From Shigella phage ESh28, in the sequence record ON528738: a DNA stretch of 64,000 nucleotides. One strand, 5' to 3'. Shown here one piece after another: positions 21,361 to 33,620 of the stretch (positions are counted from its first letter, which is position 1; each line of letters opens with the position of its first letter). A program made the position numbers and the translations under genes. A model generated the notes under the pieces. It ran no database searches. It saw only the letters and a list, made by a program, of their open reading frames with translations, and was not told the DNA's origin.

Positions 21361-21624
21361 ATGATTTTACGATTTAAAGATACTTCTGGTGCAGTTCTTT
21401 TTACACTTCCTAATCCAAGTGAGCTAGAAGTTCCAGGACCAAATCAGCCTATTATCATTTATGGCAAAAAATATTATACTCATAAAATGACTCGTGAGTA
21501 TTTTGATAATAAAATTTCTACAGTTAAAACTTCTTCTGATTGTTACTATGATATTACTGTTTTAACGGAAAAACAATATGACGAATTATCACCGCGCGGG
21601 CCGTCTATGCCAGGTAGTGAATAA
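21361..21624 (+). CDS. hypothetical protein (87 aa)
   Basis: ATG 21361 with GAGGA SD; track start 21349 is TTG. Confidence 0.45.
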   Translation: MILRFKDTSGAVLFTLPNPSELEVPGPNQPIIIYGKKYYTHKMTREYFDNKISTVKTSSDCYYDITVLTEKQYDELSPRGPSMPGSE

Positions 21625-21904
21625 ATATAAATCCGACTTTGATGTTAATATTCACCGCGGTACATTTTGGGGAAATTACGTCGGTAAAGATGCTGGCAGC
21701 CGGGAGGCTGCCATTGAATTATTCAAAAAAGATTTTATACGTCGAATTAAATCCGGAGAAATAACTAAAGCACATTTAGAGCCTTTACGTGGAATGAGGC
21801 TAGGATGCACATGTAAACCAAAGCCGTGTCATGGTGATATAATAGCTCATATAGTTAACCGATTGTTTAAAGACGATTTTCAAGTTGAGGACTTATGCAA
21901 TTAA
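21578..21904 (+). CDS. hypothetical protein (108 aa) with Cys/His motif [12 protein letters not shown]
   Basis: ORF from track; overlaps upstream ORF by 47 nt; start not certain. Confidence 0.45.
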   Translation: MTNYHRAGRLCQVVNKYKSDFDVNIHRGTFWGNYVGKDAGSREAAIELFKKDFIRRIKSGEITKAHLEPLRGMRLGCTCKPKPCHGDIIAHIVNRLFKDDFQVEDLCN

Positions 21905-24159
21905 TTAATGTTATCAAAAGTAGTGGTGTTTCTCAGAGCTTTGACCCACAAAAAATTATTAAAGTTTTATCTTGGGCAGCTGAGGGAACATCAGTAGATC
22001 CTTATGAATTATATGAAAATATTAAATCTTATCTCCGTGATGGAATGACAACTGATGATATTCAGACTATTGTCATTAAGGCCGCTGCGAATTCTATTTC
22101 GGTTGAAGAGCCTGATTATCAATATGTAGCTGCACGTTGTCTAATGTTCGCTCTTCGTAAGCATGTTTATGGGCAGTATGAACCACGTTCATTTATTGAC
22201 CATATTTCTTATTGTGTAAATGCAGGTAAATATGACCCTGAATTATTGTCAAAATATTCAGCAGAAGAAATTACATTTTTAGAATCAAAAATTAAGCACG
22301 AGCGGGATATGGAATTTACTTATTCCGGGGCGATGCAATTAAAAGAAAAATATTTAGTTAAAGATAAAACCACTGGTCAAATTTATGAAACTCCACAGTT
22401 TGCATTTATGACTATTGGAATGGCATTGCATCAAGATGAACCTGTTGATAGATTAAAACATGTTATTCGTTTTTATGAAGCAGTATCTACTCGACAGATT
22501 TCATTGCCAACTCCTATTATGGCTGGTTGTCGTACTCCGACTCGACAGTTCAGTTCATGCGTTGTTATTGAGGCAGGTGATTCATTGAAGTCTATCAATA
22601 AGGCTTCCGCTTCAATTGTTGAATATATCTCTAAACGCGCTGGAATTGGTATTAATGTTGGCATGATTCGTGCCGAAGGTTCTAAGATTGGCATGGGTGA
22701 AGTACGTCATACTGGTGTTATTCCTTTTTGGAAACATTTTCAGACTGCAGTTAAATCATGTTCACAGGGTGGAATTCGTGGCGGCGCTGCTACTGCTTAT
22801 TATCCTATTTGGCATTTGGAAGTTGAAAATCTTCTCGTTTTGAAAAATAACAAAGGCGTAGAAGAAAACCGCATTCGTCATATGGATTATGGCGTTCAAC
22901 TGAATGATTTGATGATGGAACGTTTTGGAAAGAACGATTACATTACTTTGTTCAGTCCCCATGAAATGGGTGGAGAGCTTTATTATTCTTATTTTAAAGA
23001 CCAAGACCGTTTCCGTGAATTATACGAAGCAGCAGAAAAAGACCCTAATATTCGTAAAAAGCGTATTAAAGCCCGTGAACTATTTGAATTGCTCATGACT
23101 GAACGCTCAGGAACAGCAAGAATTTATGTACAGTTCATTGATAATACGAATAACTATACTCCGTTTATTCGTGAAAAGGCACCTATTCGTCAGAGTAACT
23201 TGTGCTGTGAAATTGCTATTCCAACAAATGATGTGAATAGTCCTGATGCTGAAATTGGATTGTGCACGTTATCTGCATTTGTGTTGGATAACTTCGATTG
23301 GCAAGACCAAGATAAAATTAATGAATTGGCAGAAGTCCAAGTTCGTGCTCTTGATAATCTTTTGGATTACCAAGGATATCCAGTTCCTGAAGCAGAAAAA
23401 GCTAAAAAGCGTCGTAACCTTGGTGTAGGTGTTACTAACTATGCAGCTTGGCTGGCAAGTAACTTTGCTTCTTATGAAGATGCTAACGATTTAACACATG
23501 AACTATTTGAGAGATTACAGTATGGACTCATTAAAGCATCCATTAAGCTCGCCAAAGAAAAAGGACCTTGCGAATATTATTCAGACACTCGTTGGTCTCG
23601 AGGCGAATTACCTATCGACTGGTACAATAAAAAGATTGACCAAATCGCAGCTCCAAAATACGTTTGTGACTGGTCGTCGCTGCGGGAAGACCTTAAGCTC
23701 TTTGGCATCCGTAATAGCACATTATCAGCACTTATGCCATGTGAGTCATCTTCCCAAGTTTCTAACAGTACAAACGGTATCGAGCCTCCACGTGGACCAG
23801 TCTCTGTTAAAGAATCAAAAGAGGGTTCCTTTAATCAAGTCGTGCCCAATATTGAACATAACATAGACTTATATGATTATACATGGAAATTAGCTAAGAA
23901 AGGTAATAAACCTTATCTTACGCAGGTAGCTATTATGCTGAAATGGGTATGTCAATCAGCTTCAGCGAATACATACTATGACCCCCAAATCTTCCCTAAA
24001 GGCAAGGTTCCAATGTCAATAATGATTGATGACCTTTTGTATTTCTGGTATTTTGGCGGAAAAAATTTCTATTATCATAATACCCGTGACGGTTCTGGTA
24101 CTGATGATTATGAAATAGAAACTCCAAAAGCTGAAGATTGTTCATCCTGTAAATTATGA
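21895..24159 (+). CDS. nrdA: ribonucleotide reductase large subunit
   Basis: 754 aa (T4 NrdA length); N-terminus [22 protein letters not shown]. Confidence 0.9.
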   Translation: MQLINVIKSSGVSQSFDPQKIIKVLSWAAEGTSVDPYELYENIKSYLRDGMTTDDIQTIVIKAAANSISVEEPDYQYVAARCLMFALRKHVYGQYEPRSFIDHISYCVNAGKYDPELLSKYSAEEITFLESKIKHERDMEFTYSGAMQLKEKYLVKDKTTGQIYETPQFAFMTIGMALHQDEPVDRLKHVIRFYEAVSTRQISLPTPIMAGCRTPTRQFSSCVVIEAGDSLKSINKASASIVEYISKRAGIGINVGMIRAEGSKIGMGEVRHTGVIPFWKHFQTAVKSCSQGGIRGGAATAYYPIWHLEVENLLVLKNNKGVEENRIRHMDYGVQLNDLMMERFGKNDYITLFSPHEMGGELYYSYFKDQDRFRELYEAAEKDPNIRKKRIKARELFELLMTERSGTARIYVQFIDNTNNYTPFIREKAPIRQSNLCCEIAIPTNDVNSPDAEIGLCTLSAFVLDNFDWQDQDKINELAEVQVRALDNLLDYQGYPVPEAEKAKKRRNLGVGVTNYAAWLASNFASYEDANDLTHELFERLQYGLIKASIKLAKEKGPCEYYSDTRWSRGELPIDWYNKKIDQIAAPKYVCDWSSLREDLKLFGIRNSTLSALMPCESSSQVSNSTNGIEPPRGPVSVKESKEGSFNQVVPNIEHNIDLYDYTWKLAKKGNKPYLTQVAIMLKWVCQSASANTYYDPQIFPKGKVPMSIMIDDLLYFWYFGGKNFYYHNTRDGSGTDDYEIETPKAEDCSSCKL

Positions 24160-24210
24160 TATAATTTGACTCATGGACGAGTCACCAACTATTAACTAAG
24201 TGGAAAATTT

Positions 24211-25389
24211 ATGAGCACAGTTTTTAATACAAATCCAGTTGATGTTTTAAAAGAACCTATGTTTTTTGGTTCAGGTCTTGGTATTGCACGTTATGATATT
24301 CAACGTCATAAAGTTTTTGAAGATTTAACCGAAAAGCAATTATCATTTTTCTGGCGTCCTGAAGAAGTAAACTTGATGATGGATGCTGCACAGTTTAATA
24401 AGCTTCCTCAGTATCAGCAAAATATTTTTACTAACAACCTGAAATATCAGTCATTGTTAGATAGTATTCAAGGACGTGCTCCTGCCGCAGTACTGATGCC
24501 ATTGATTTCTGACCCGTCATTAGATACATGGACTGCAACTTGGACATTCAGTGAAACTATTCACTCACGTTCTTATACTCACATCATGCGTAACCTGTTC
24601 AATGACCCTGCCAAGGTATTTGATGAGATTATTCTTGATGATGCAATCATGAAACGTGCTGAATCGATTGGTCGTTATTATGATGATGTTCTGGTAAAGA
24701 CTCGTGAATGGGAAAACGCTAAAGCTGACGTAGAATTCTACCTGGCAACAGAGCATGATGAAGAACTTGTCCAAGACGCTATTGACCATATTGCAGGTTG
24801 TAAACGTGACCTGATGAAGTCGCTTTATCTCTGCTTGCACGTTATCAATGCCCTGGAAGCTATCCGTTTTTATGTATCTTTTGCATGTACTTTCAACTTC
24901 CATAAGAATATGGAAATCATGGAAGGTAACGCGAAGATTATGAAATTTATTGCGCGTGATGAGCAACTCCACCTTAAAGGTACACAATATATTATTCGTC
25001 AACTTCAACTTGGCACTGATGGTGATGAATGGGTTAAAATTGCCAAAGAGTGTGAACAAGAAGCAGTTGATATTTTCATGGAAGTTAACCGCCAAGAAAA
25101 AGATTGGGCAGTTCATTTATTTAAAGATGGCGATGTTCCTGGATTAAATACAAATAGCATGTGGAGCTTTATTGATTACTTAACTGTATCTCGTATGAAA
25201 CAGTGTGGTCTTCCATGCCCAATTACCGGTGCTCCGGTTAAACATCCATATCCTTGGATTCGTGAATACCTTAATTCTGATAATGTTCAATCCGCGCCGC
25301 AAGAAGTAGAACTGTCATCTTATCTTGTTGCACAGATTGATAATGATGTTGATGATAAAGTTATGATGAGTTTTAAAAAATACTTTTAA
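24211..25389 (+). CDS. nrdB: ribonucleotide reductase small subunit, uninterrupted (no intron)
   Basis: 392 aa continuous ORF; recalled T4 NrdB sequence. Confidence 0.9.
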   Translation: MSTVFNTNPVDVLKEPMFFGSGLGIARYDIQRHKVFEDLTEKQLSFFWRPEEVNLMMDAAQFNKLPQYQQNIFTNNLKYQSLLDSIQGRAPAAVLMPLISDPSLDTWTATWTFSETIHSRSYTHIMRNLFNDPAKVFDEIILDDAIMKRAESIGRYYDDVLVKTREWENAKADVEFYLATEHDEELVQDAIDHIAGCKRDLMKSLYLCLHVINALEAIRFYVSFACTFNFHKNMEIMEGNAKIMKFIARDEQLHLKGTQYIIRQLQLGTDGDEWVKIAKECEQEAVDIFMEVNRQEKDWAVHLFKDGDVPGLNTNSMWSFIDYLTVSRMKQCGLPCPITGAPVKHPYPWIREYLNSDNVQSAPQEVELSSYLVAQIDNDVDDKVMMSFKKYF

Positions 25390-25394
25390 GGAGT

Positions 25395-25408
25395 GGGCCG
25401 CAAGGCCC
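25395..25408 (+). other. GNRA-tetraloop hairpin between nrdB and denA
   Basis: GGGCC-GCAA-GGCCC followed by ATTTTATT; weak terminator or RNA stability/processing element. Confidence 0.4.
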
Positions 25409-25416
25409 ATTTTATT

Positions 25417-27004
<1,588 letters not shown>

Positions 27005-27007
27005 GCT

Positions 27008-27063
27008 GTTTACAAGTCCCTCGTGTTGTGTTACAGTAGTCTTACTGACATAACATGAGGACT
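27008..27063 (+). promoter_or_regulatory. early-type promoter embedded in an SD-sequestering hairpin, upstream of alc (copy A)
   Basis: GTTTAC 27008-27013; -10-like TACAGT 27033-27038; inverted repeat AGTCCCTCGTGTT(27015-27)/AACATGAGGACT(27052-63) includes SD GAGGA. Confidence 0.5.
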
Positions 27064-27065
27064 TT

Positions 27066-27572
27066 ATGATGGATTTGCAGCTAATTACTACTGAAATGGT
27101 CGTTGAAGCATACGGTGATACTACAGATGGGATTTCTGTATTTAAAGGAAACCGTCGAGTTGGATATATCACCGATCTTAAGAAAGATTTAGCTAAGCAA
27201 GTCAAGCGGAAAACGACCATTAAAGAATATCGAAATCGTCGTCTTGAGCAAGCCCGTGATATGCTTCCTGATGCGGTTGAAGAGATGAAAGTCTTTTTAG
27301 AAAATCAGCTTGCGAAATATGATTGTGATGTATTTATTAATCAGACTCAACCTAATGTTCATATCAATAGTTGTAAATGCTATATCATCGTTAATCCTTT
27401 GACTGGAAAGCATCGTCTTGGAATTAGTAATCCAAATCGTAGTGCATCGGATATGGCAGAAGATGTTGAGGCATGCTTTAAAATTTCTAAATCTCCAGCT
27501 GAACATCATATTTTAATTAACGGTCTTTCTCAAGACGATATTATAGAGGTTATTAAAACTTTATGCATGTAA
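27066..27572 (+). CDS. alc: Alc, inhibitor of host transcription
   Basis: 168 aa (MMDLQLITTEMVVEAYGD...); true start may be second ATG at 27069. Confidence 0.8.
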   Translation: MMDLQLITTEMVVEAYGDTTDGISVFKGNRRVGYITDLKKDLAKQVKRKTTIKEYRNRRLEQARDMLPDAVEEMKVFLENQLAKYDCDVFINQTQPNVHINSCKCYIIVNPLTGKHRLGISNPNRSASDMAEDVEACFKISKSPAEHHILINGLSQDDIIEVIKTLCM

Positions 27573-27916
27573 GTAATTTTACAGCTGGATTGCTATTACT
27601 TGTAATAGCATTTGGCGGAACATCTATTATTTTAAAAAATAAGGTAGAAAGATTAGAAACATCAGTTACTGAAATTACAAAAACGGCCAATGAAAACGCT
27701 TTAGCATTAAATAATTTGCGAATTCAGTATAATTATATTGATGCGATGAATAATAAAAATCGTGAGGCAATTGCTGCTATTGAGCGTGAAAATGAAAAGC
27801 TGCGCAAAGACGCAAAGAAGGCGGATGTGGTGGCTCGTAAGCCAGGATTGGTTGAAAAACAAATCAACAACTCCTTCAACAAGTTCGCAGAAGACATCCA
27901 GGACCTTTCTAAATGA
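27563..27916 (+). CDS. probable i-spanin (Rz-like), pseT.3 position
   Basis: 117 aa; N-terminal TM (AGLLLLVIAFGGTSIIL) then coiled-coil-like region; overlaps next ORF, typical of spanin pairs. Confidence 0.6.
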   Translation: MHVSNFTAGLLLLVIAFGGTSIILKNKVERLETSVTEITKTANENALALNNLRIQYNYIDAMNNKNREAIAAIERENEKLRKDAKKADVVARKPGLVEKQINNSFNKFAEDIQDLSK

Positions 27917-28212
27917 TTAGACTATCAGCAGTAATATTATCTATCGGTCTTCTAGCTGGTTGTTCGACAAAGCCTCTAGAAGTAAAGAAAGAAACAGTTC
28001 ATCCTAATTGGCCTGTACAGATAAAGTCATATGATGAAGCTAAACTATCTTGGCAAGTTAAAGTTATTGATGGTAAAGCTTGGGTCGGTATGCCATTTGA
28101 AGATTCCCAGGAATTTCGTATTTGGCTTAATGATGTAAAACGATATGTACATGACCAAAAAACTATGATATGTTATTATCGTCAAGAGTTAAAAGAGGAT
28201 AAATGTAAATGA
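27913..28212 (+). CDS. probable o-spanin lipoprotein (Rz1-like), pseT.2 position
   Basis: 99 aa; signal peptide with lipobox LLAGC; ATG overlaps upstream stop. Confidence 0.6.
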   Translation: MIRLSAVILSIGLLAGCSTKPLEVKKETVHPNWPVQIKSYDEAKLSWQVKVIDGKAWVGMPFEDSQEFRIWLNDVKRYVHDQKTMICYYRQELKEDKCK

Positions 28213-28439
28213 TTTCATGGCATCAATTTGAACATCTCAAAGGATTGATTTATGAATCCGAGATGGCTGCAATGATTTATGGACGCCAGATTCAGCGGTT
28301 AGAATCTTTACCTCCAACTAATGATGTTTTATTAGCTCAATCCCGTGCTAATCTCAAAAATGAATATCAAAATAAGTGGGGTAAAGCATCTAAAGACCTG
28401 CATGATTATATTCAATCATTGGTTGAGAAAAATAAATGA
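28209..28439 (+). CDS. hypothetical protein (76 aa)
   Basis: ATG overlapping upstream stop. Confidence 0.45.
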   Translation: MISWHQFEHLKGLIYESEMAAMIYGRQIQRLESLPPTNDVLLAQSRANLKNEYQNKWGKASKDLHDYIQSLVEKNK

Positions 28440-28726
28440 AAACTCTGTTAGAACGTTATATTGAATGTTCAGACCGTTACATTGATGCATGCCGTGAAAA
28501 TGTATCAAGCATTAGCCAAGATATTGAATATGCTAAAGCTTTAGATGATGCTGGTAAAACCCTGCGAAAAGAAGCGAAAGCTCGTGGGCTTGATATGTAT
28601 CAGCTTAAAAATCACATGATAAAATTTATTTCATCCAATGTTCAGAGTAAATCAGCGAATCAATCAACAGCTGAATTGTACAAAGGACGGCGTGAGCATA
28701 ATATTCGTATTCTTGAAGTTTTTTAG
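28436..28726 (+). CDS. hypothetical protein (96 aa)
   Basis: ATG overlapping upstream stop. Confidence 0.45.
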   Translation: MKTLLERYIECSDRYIDACRENVSSISQDIEYAKALDDAGKTLRKEAKARGLDMYQLKNHMIKFISSNVQSKSANQSTAELYKGRREHNIRILEVF

Positions 28727-28733
28727 GAATTAA

Positions 28734-29638
<905 letters not shown>

Positions 29639-29639
<1 letters not shown>

Positions 29640-29836
29640 TGGCTTGGCACCATGAAACTTGGGCTATTGTTATTGTAAATAGCGGTTTAGTTGGTACTAG
29701 TAATGGGCAATTTTGTGTATTTACTAGTGAAAATAGAGCATGGGAGGAATGCCTTAAATTAAGAGAAAAGAATCCTGATGTTGAACTAGTAGTAAAGAAA
29801 ACTAAACTGCCTTTACCATGGAAAACGTATGAATAA
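29639..29836 (+). CDS. hypothetical protein (65 aa)
   Basis: ATG 29639 overlapping pseT stop (TAATG); track start 29609 lies inside pseT. Confidence 0.35.
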
Positions 29837-30029
29837 CCTAGAAAAGATTTATCGTCTTTGTGATAAAATTGAAAAAGAAAAGAAATATCTATTTTGTCTA
29901 TGGCCTATTGTTGACGGAAGAGTAGGCCTAGATGTTCTTGATTATGAAACAGAAGACAAAGTAGATGGCGCAACTTTTGATAACGCTTTGGATGTTATTG
30001 ATTGGCTTGAAGAAAATTATGTGAGGTAA
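29829..30029 (+). CDS. hypothetical protein (66 aa)
   Basis: ATG start; ORF from track. Confidence 0.4.
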   Translation: MNNLEKIYRLCDKIEKEKKYLFCLWPIVDGRVGLDVLDYETEDKVDGATFDNALDVIDWLEENYVR

Positions 30030-30031
30030 AT

Positions 30032-30307
30032 ATGTTTCCGACTTACTCTAAAATCGTAGAAGTAGTGTTTAGCCAAATTATCGCTAATAATATGTTTGAA
30101 AAACTTGATAACGCAGCTGAGCTTCGAATCCATGCTCAAGTGACTCATGTATTGAACACTTTGCTTCCAGACCAGGTGGATTCTGTTGCCATCACGTTGT
30201 ATCCAGGTTCCGCGCATATCATTGTCGTATTCGGTCTTGATGCTGAGCTAGTCATCAAAGGCGATATTCGCTTTGAATCACAGACATCAGAATTCAAAGC
30301 AATTTAA
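30032..30307 (+). CDS. hypothetical protein (91 aa)
   Basis: ATG with GAGG SD. Confidence 0.45.
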   Translation: MFPTYSKIVEVVFSQIIANNMFEKLDNAAELRIHAQVTHVLNTLLPDQVDSVAITLYPGSAHIIVVFGLDAELVIKGDIRFESQTSEFKAI

Positions 30308-30308
30308 A

Positions 30309-30347
30309 GTTTACTTTACGGTAGAGTTGTGATATTATAGCTCTACC
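30309..30347 (+). promoter_or_regulatory. early-type promoter with -10 enclosed by an inverted repeat
   Basis: GTTTAC 30309-30314; TATTAT 30333-30338; inverted repeat GGTAGAG(30320-26)/CTCTACC(30341-47). Confidence 0.45.
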
Positions 30348-30368
30348 AAAACAAACGAGGAAATTGAA

Positions 30369-30896
30369 ATGAGCGAATGGTTTGAAGAAGATAAGGTTTA
30401 TCGCTTTAAAACTGGGTATAAAGATATTTTTAATGAAACTTGCGGGGCTAATAAACGAATTGCCCAGTTTATTGGGGAAAATTCATTTAAAGTAAAAATA
30501 GATCCTGCGAAAAATGTTATTAGCATTAAACGTGAAATTGATGATTGTTGGTATAAAGCTGTTGATGTAATGGGTGAATCCTATAAAGTTAGCCCGTTAT
30601 TTTCAATTGCTTATATGTTAGAATATTCTTTTTTCGAAGAAGTTCAAAAAGATGATTCTGTAAGTAAATTTGAAATTAAAACTGATAAAGAAATTAAGTG
30701 GAAAGTAGTAGGTATTACTGGTTGTATGTTCTATATCTATGCTCAAACTGATACGAAGGAAGAAGCTAAAAAGAAAGCTCTAGAATATCTTGAAGAGCAT
30801 GAAGAAGGTCCGGTAATGATTACCCAAGATGCTGAATTAGTTTCTGTCAAATTAGTTAAAAATGTTGAAAGTAAGGAGCTAGGATCAACATGCTAA
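30369..30896 (+). CDS. hypothetical protein (175 aa)
   Basis: ATG with GAGGA SD; preceded by promoter-in-hairpin element. Confidence 0.5.
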   Translation: MSEWFEEDKVYRFKTGYKDIFNETCGANKRIAQFIGENSFKVKIDPAKNVISIKREIDDCWYKAVDVMGESYKVSPLFSIAYMLEYSFFEEVQKDDSVSKFEIKTDKEIKWKVVGITGCMFYIYAQTDTKEEAKKKALEYLEEHEEGPVMITQDAELVSVKLVKNVESKELGSTC

Positions 30897-31126
30897 GCGA
30901 AAAACCAATTACTGTTAAAGAATTCCAAGAAAAAGTTAAACTATTTGCTCAAGAATTGGTAAATAAGGTTTCTGTACGATTTCCTGAAACGTCGGTTCGT
31001 GTTATTACCGAAACTCCTCGTTCGGTATTAGTAATTGTGAATCCAGGTGATGGTGACCAAATAACACATCTCAAATTGGATTTTGATGGATTAGTTGAAG
31101 CACAAAGGGTGTATGGCGTACTATGA
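30890..31126 (+). CDS. hypothetical protein (78 aa)
   Basis: ATG with AGGAGC SD; overlaps upstream stop. Confidence 0.45.
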   Translation: MLSEKPITVKEFQEKVKLFAQELVNKVSVRFPETSVRVITETPRSVLVIVNPGDGDQITHLKLDFDGLVEAQRVYGVL

Positions 31127-31461
31127 TGAATTTAACTGATATAATTGATAATTGTCTTGAAAATGATACTGGCGATCATAGAGCGCTTGACTCTGAAACA
31201 GCAAAGTTCATTAGAATAACTTTAATGAATGATACTCTGGTGAATAGTATTCATCCTTCTGTGTATGATGCTATTATTGTGACGAAGTATCCGGTTGAGC
31301 TTCACAAAAAGATGGTTGGCGCAATTTTTATTGATAAGAAAAACCGCTTTAAAGATGGGCAGAATATAATTAGTTCTGTTATTAAAAGTATAACTAAACT
31401 TCGTCACGAAATTTATCGTGTTGAAACTGCTAAATCTGCTTATCTGGTGATTATGAAATGA
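31123..31461 (+). CDS. hypothetical protein (112 aa)
   Basis: ATG overlapping upstream stop. Confidence 0.45.
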   Translation: MMNLTDIIDNCLENDTGDHRALDSETAKFIRITLMNDTLVNSIHPSVYDAIIVTKYPVELHKKMVGAIFIDKKNRFKDGQNIISSVIKSITKLRHEIYRVETAKSAYLVIMK

Positions 31462-32039
31462 AAGCGAGTACAGTACTTCAAATTGCATATTTAGTATCAC
31501 AAGAATCAAAATGTTGCTCCTGGAAAGTAGGAGCAGTAATTGAAAAGAATGGACGTATTATTTCTACTGGATATAATGGTTCACCTGCAGGTGGTGTGAA
31601 CTGCTGTGATTATGCTGCTGAGCAAGGTTGGTTGCTGAATAAGCCTAAACATACTATCATTCAAGGTCATAAGCCTGAATGTGTATCGTTTGGTTCAACT
31701 GATCGTTTTGTATTGGCGAAAGAACATCGTAGCGCGCACTCTGAATGGTCGTCTAAAAATGAAATTCATGCTGAACTAAATGCGATTTTGTTTGCTGCAC
31801 GAAACGGTTCTTCAATTGAAGGTGCTACTATGTATGTAACACTTTCTCCTTGCCCAGATTGTGCAAAAGCAATAGCTCAATCTGGAATTAAAAAGCTGGT
31901 TTATTGTGAAACATACGATAAAAATAAACCTGGCTGGGATGATATTCTGCGAAATGCAGGTATTGAAGTGTTTAATGTTCCTAAGAAAAACTTAAATAAG
32001 TTAAACTGGGAAAATATCAACGAATTCTGTGGTGAATAA
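31458..32039 (+). CDS. cd: dCMP deaminase
   Basis: 193 aa; zinc-binding deaminase motifs HAELNAI and SPCPDCAKAI; recalled T4 Cd. Confidence 0.85.
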   Translation: MKASTVLQIAYLVSQESKCCSWKVGAVIEKNGRIISTGYNGSPAGGVNCCDYAAEQGWLLNKPKHTIIQGHKPECVSFGSTDRFVLAKEHRSAHSEWSSKNEIHAELNAILFAARNGSSIEGATMYVTLSPCPDCAKAIAQSGIKKLVYCETYDKNKPGWDDILRNAGIEVFNVPKKNLNKLNWENINEFCGE

Positions 32040-32278
32040 TGAAATTTCGTTTGGTACAGCTCACAGCAATTAGTTCTTATTCCAACGAGAACATTTCATT
32101 TGCTGTAGAGTATAAGAAGTATTTTTTCTCTAAATGGAAGCAGTATTATAAGTCAAACTGGGTTTGTATTGATAGACCACATAGTTGGAAATCTGATTTA
32201 GAAAAATGCCAAAAATTACTTTCCACTCTTAAAGAACGTGGAACAACTCATATTAAAACTGTAATAGGTAGTAAATAA
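32039..32278 (+). CDS. hypothetical protein (79 aa)
   Basis: ATG overlapping cd stop. Confidence 0.45.
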   Translation: MKFRLVQLTAISSYSNENISFAVEYKKYFFSKWKQYYKSNWVCIDRPHSWKSDLEKCQKLLSTLKERGTTHIKTVIGSK

Positions 32279-32587
32279 ATGAAACTGACGACTGAACAAA
32301 AAGTAGCAATTCGTGAAATTTTGAAAACTAAATTGTCCATGGGTGTTTCAAACGTAGTTTTTGAAAAGTCTGATGGTACTATTCGTACTATGAAAGGTAC
32401 TCGTGACGCAGACTTTATGCCAACCATGCAAACTGGTAAATTGACTGAATCAACTCGGAAAGAATCTACTGACATGATTCCAGTATTTGATGTTGAACTT
32501 GGTGCATGGCGAGGTTTTTCTATTGACAAATTGATTTCTGTTAATGGTATGAAAGTTGAGCATTTACTCCAATTTATTGGTAAATAA
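32279..32587 (+). CDS. hypothetical protein (102 aa)
   Basis: ATG start; ORF from track. Confidence 0.5.
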   Translation: MKLTTEQKVAIREILKTKLSMGVSNVVFEKSDGTIRTMKGTRDADFMPTMQTGKLTESTRKESTDMIPVFDVELGAWRGFSIDKLISVNGMKVEHLLQFIGK

Positions 32588-32588
32588 A

Positions 32589-32613
32589 TGCTTTAAGAAT
32601 TATTTGTTATTAT
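32589..32613 (+). promoter_or_regulatory. MotA-dependent middle promoter for gene 31
   Basis: MotA box AAATGCTTTA (TGCTTTA 32589-32595), 12-nt spacer, -10 TATTAT 32608-32613. Confidence 0.6.
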
Positions 32614-32643
32614 TAATTCATCTGTTAACAAAAAGGAAAAACG

Positions 32644-32979
32644 ATGTCTGAAGTACAACAGCTACCAATTCGTGCTGTCGGTGAGTATGTTATTTTAGTT
32701 TCTGAACCCGCACAAGCCGGTGATGAAGAAGTTACAGAATCAGGACTTATTATCGGTAAACGTGTTCAAGGTGAAGTTCCTGAACTGTGTGTAGTTCACT
32801 CTGTCGGTCCTGATGTTCCTGAAGGTTTCTGCGAAGTTGGTGATTTGACTTCTCTTCCAGTTGGTCAAATTCGAAATGTTCCGCATCCTTTTGTAGCTCT
32901 GGGTCTTAAGCAGCCAAAAGAAATTAAACAAAAATTCGTTACTTGTCACTATAAAGCTATTCCGTGTCTTTATAAGTGA
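32644..32979 (+). CDS. 31: gp31 co-chaperonin (GroES analogue)
   Basis: 111 aa, [30 protein letters not shown]...; recalled T4 gp31; middle promoter upstream. Confidence 0.85.
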
Positions 32980-32987
32980 TATAAATA
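32980..32987 (+). promoter_or_regulatory. late promoter motif (TATAAATA) upstream of rIII
   Basis: Exact TATAAATA right after gene 31 stop; ~140-nt leader to rIII ATG, so assignment is tentative. Confidence 0.45.
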
Positions 32988-33126
32988 ATAATATGAATTG
33001 GGTGTCGGAATAATAAGTTAACCGAACAATTCTATGTGGTAGTCTACAACTGAGAGATCTGTCGAAAGAAGATGAAATTCAGAAGAACGTGACTACCGAG
33101 TTTTAATCTCTAACGAGAATTTTTAA

Positions 33127-33375
33127 ATGATTAAACAATTACAACACGCTCTTGAACTGCAACGAAACGCATGGAATAATGGTCACGAAAACTATGGCGC
33201 ATCTATTGATGTTGAAGCCGAAGCTCTTGAAATCCTGCGTTATTTCAAACATCTGAATCCTGCTCAAACTGCATTAGCTGCTGAGCTTCAGGAAAAAGAT
33301 GAACTTAAGTATGCTAAGCCTCTGGCTTCTGCTGCACGAAAAGCAGTTCGTCACTTTGTGGTAACACTGAAGTAA
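33127..33375 (+). CDS. rIII: rIII lysis-inhibition accessory protein
   Basis: 82 aa, MIKQLQHALELQRNAWNNGHENYGASIDVEAEALEILRYF; recalled T4 rIII. Confidence 0.8.
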   Translation: MIKQLQHALELQRNAWNNGHENYGASIDVEAEALEILRYFKHLNPAQTALAAELQEKDELKYAKPLASAARKAVRHFVVTLK

Positions 33376-33620
33376 TTTATTGGAGATTCACTGCCTTAGT
33401 GTGAGCTAAAATCGAGGAGCCATCGAACTGTCTGATTAATGATTTGCGAATCATTATAGTTTTAAGACCCCGGCAGTTTTACGGTGTACCTCTTGAATGT
33501 GAATGATGACGGGTTTATGGTTATCCTGGTCGTTAAATATCCAAAAACCTATGTTCCCCTTGAGGGCTTGCGCAGGCAATGCCAATAAGTCCTGCATTTT
33601 CATTTAAAAGAGAATTTATA

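Noticed and set aside
24166-24185. Promoter or terminator at the TGACTC...GAGTCA palindrome between nrdA and nrdB
   Set aside because: Only a 6-bp stem, no U-tract and no convincing -10 at proper spacing
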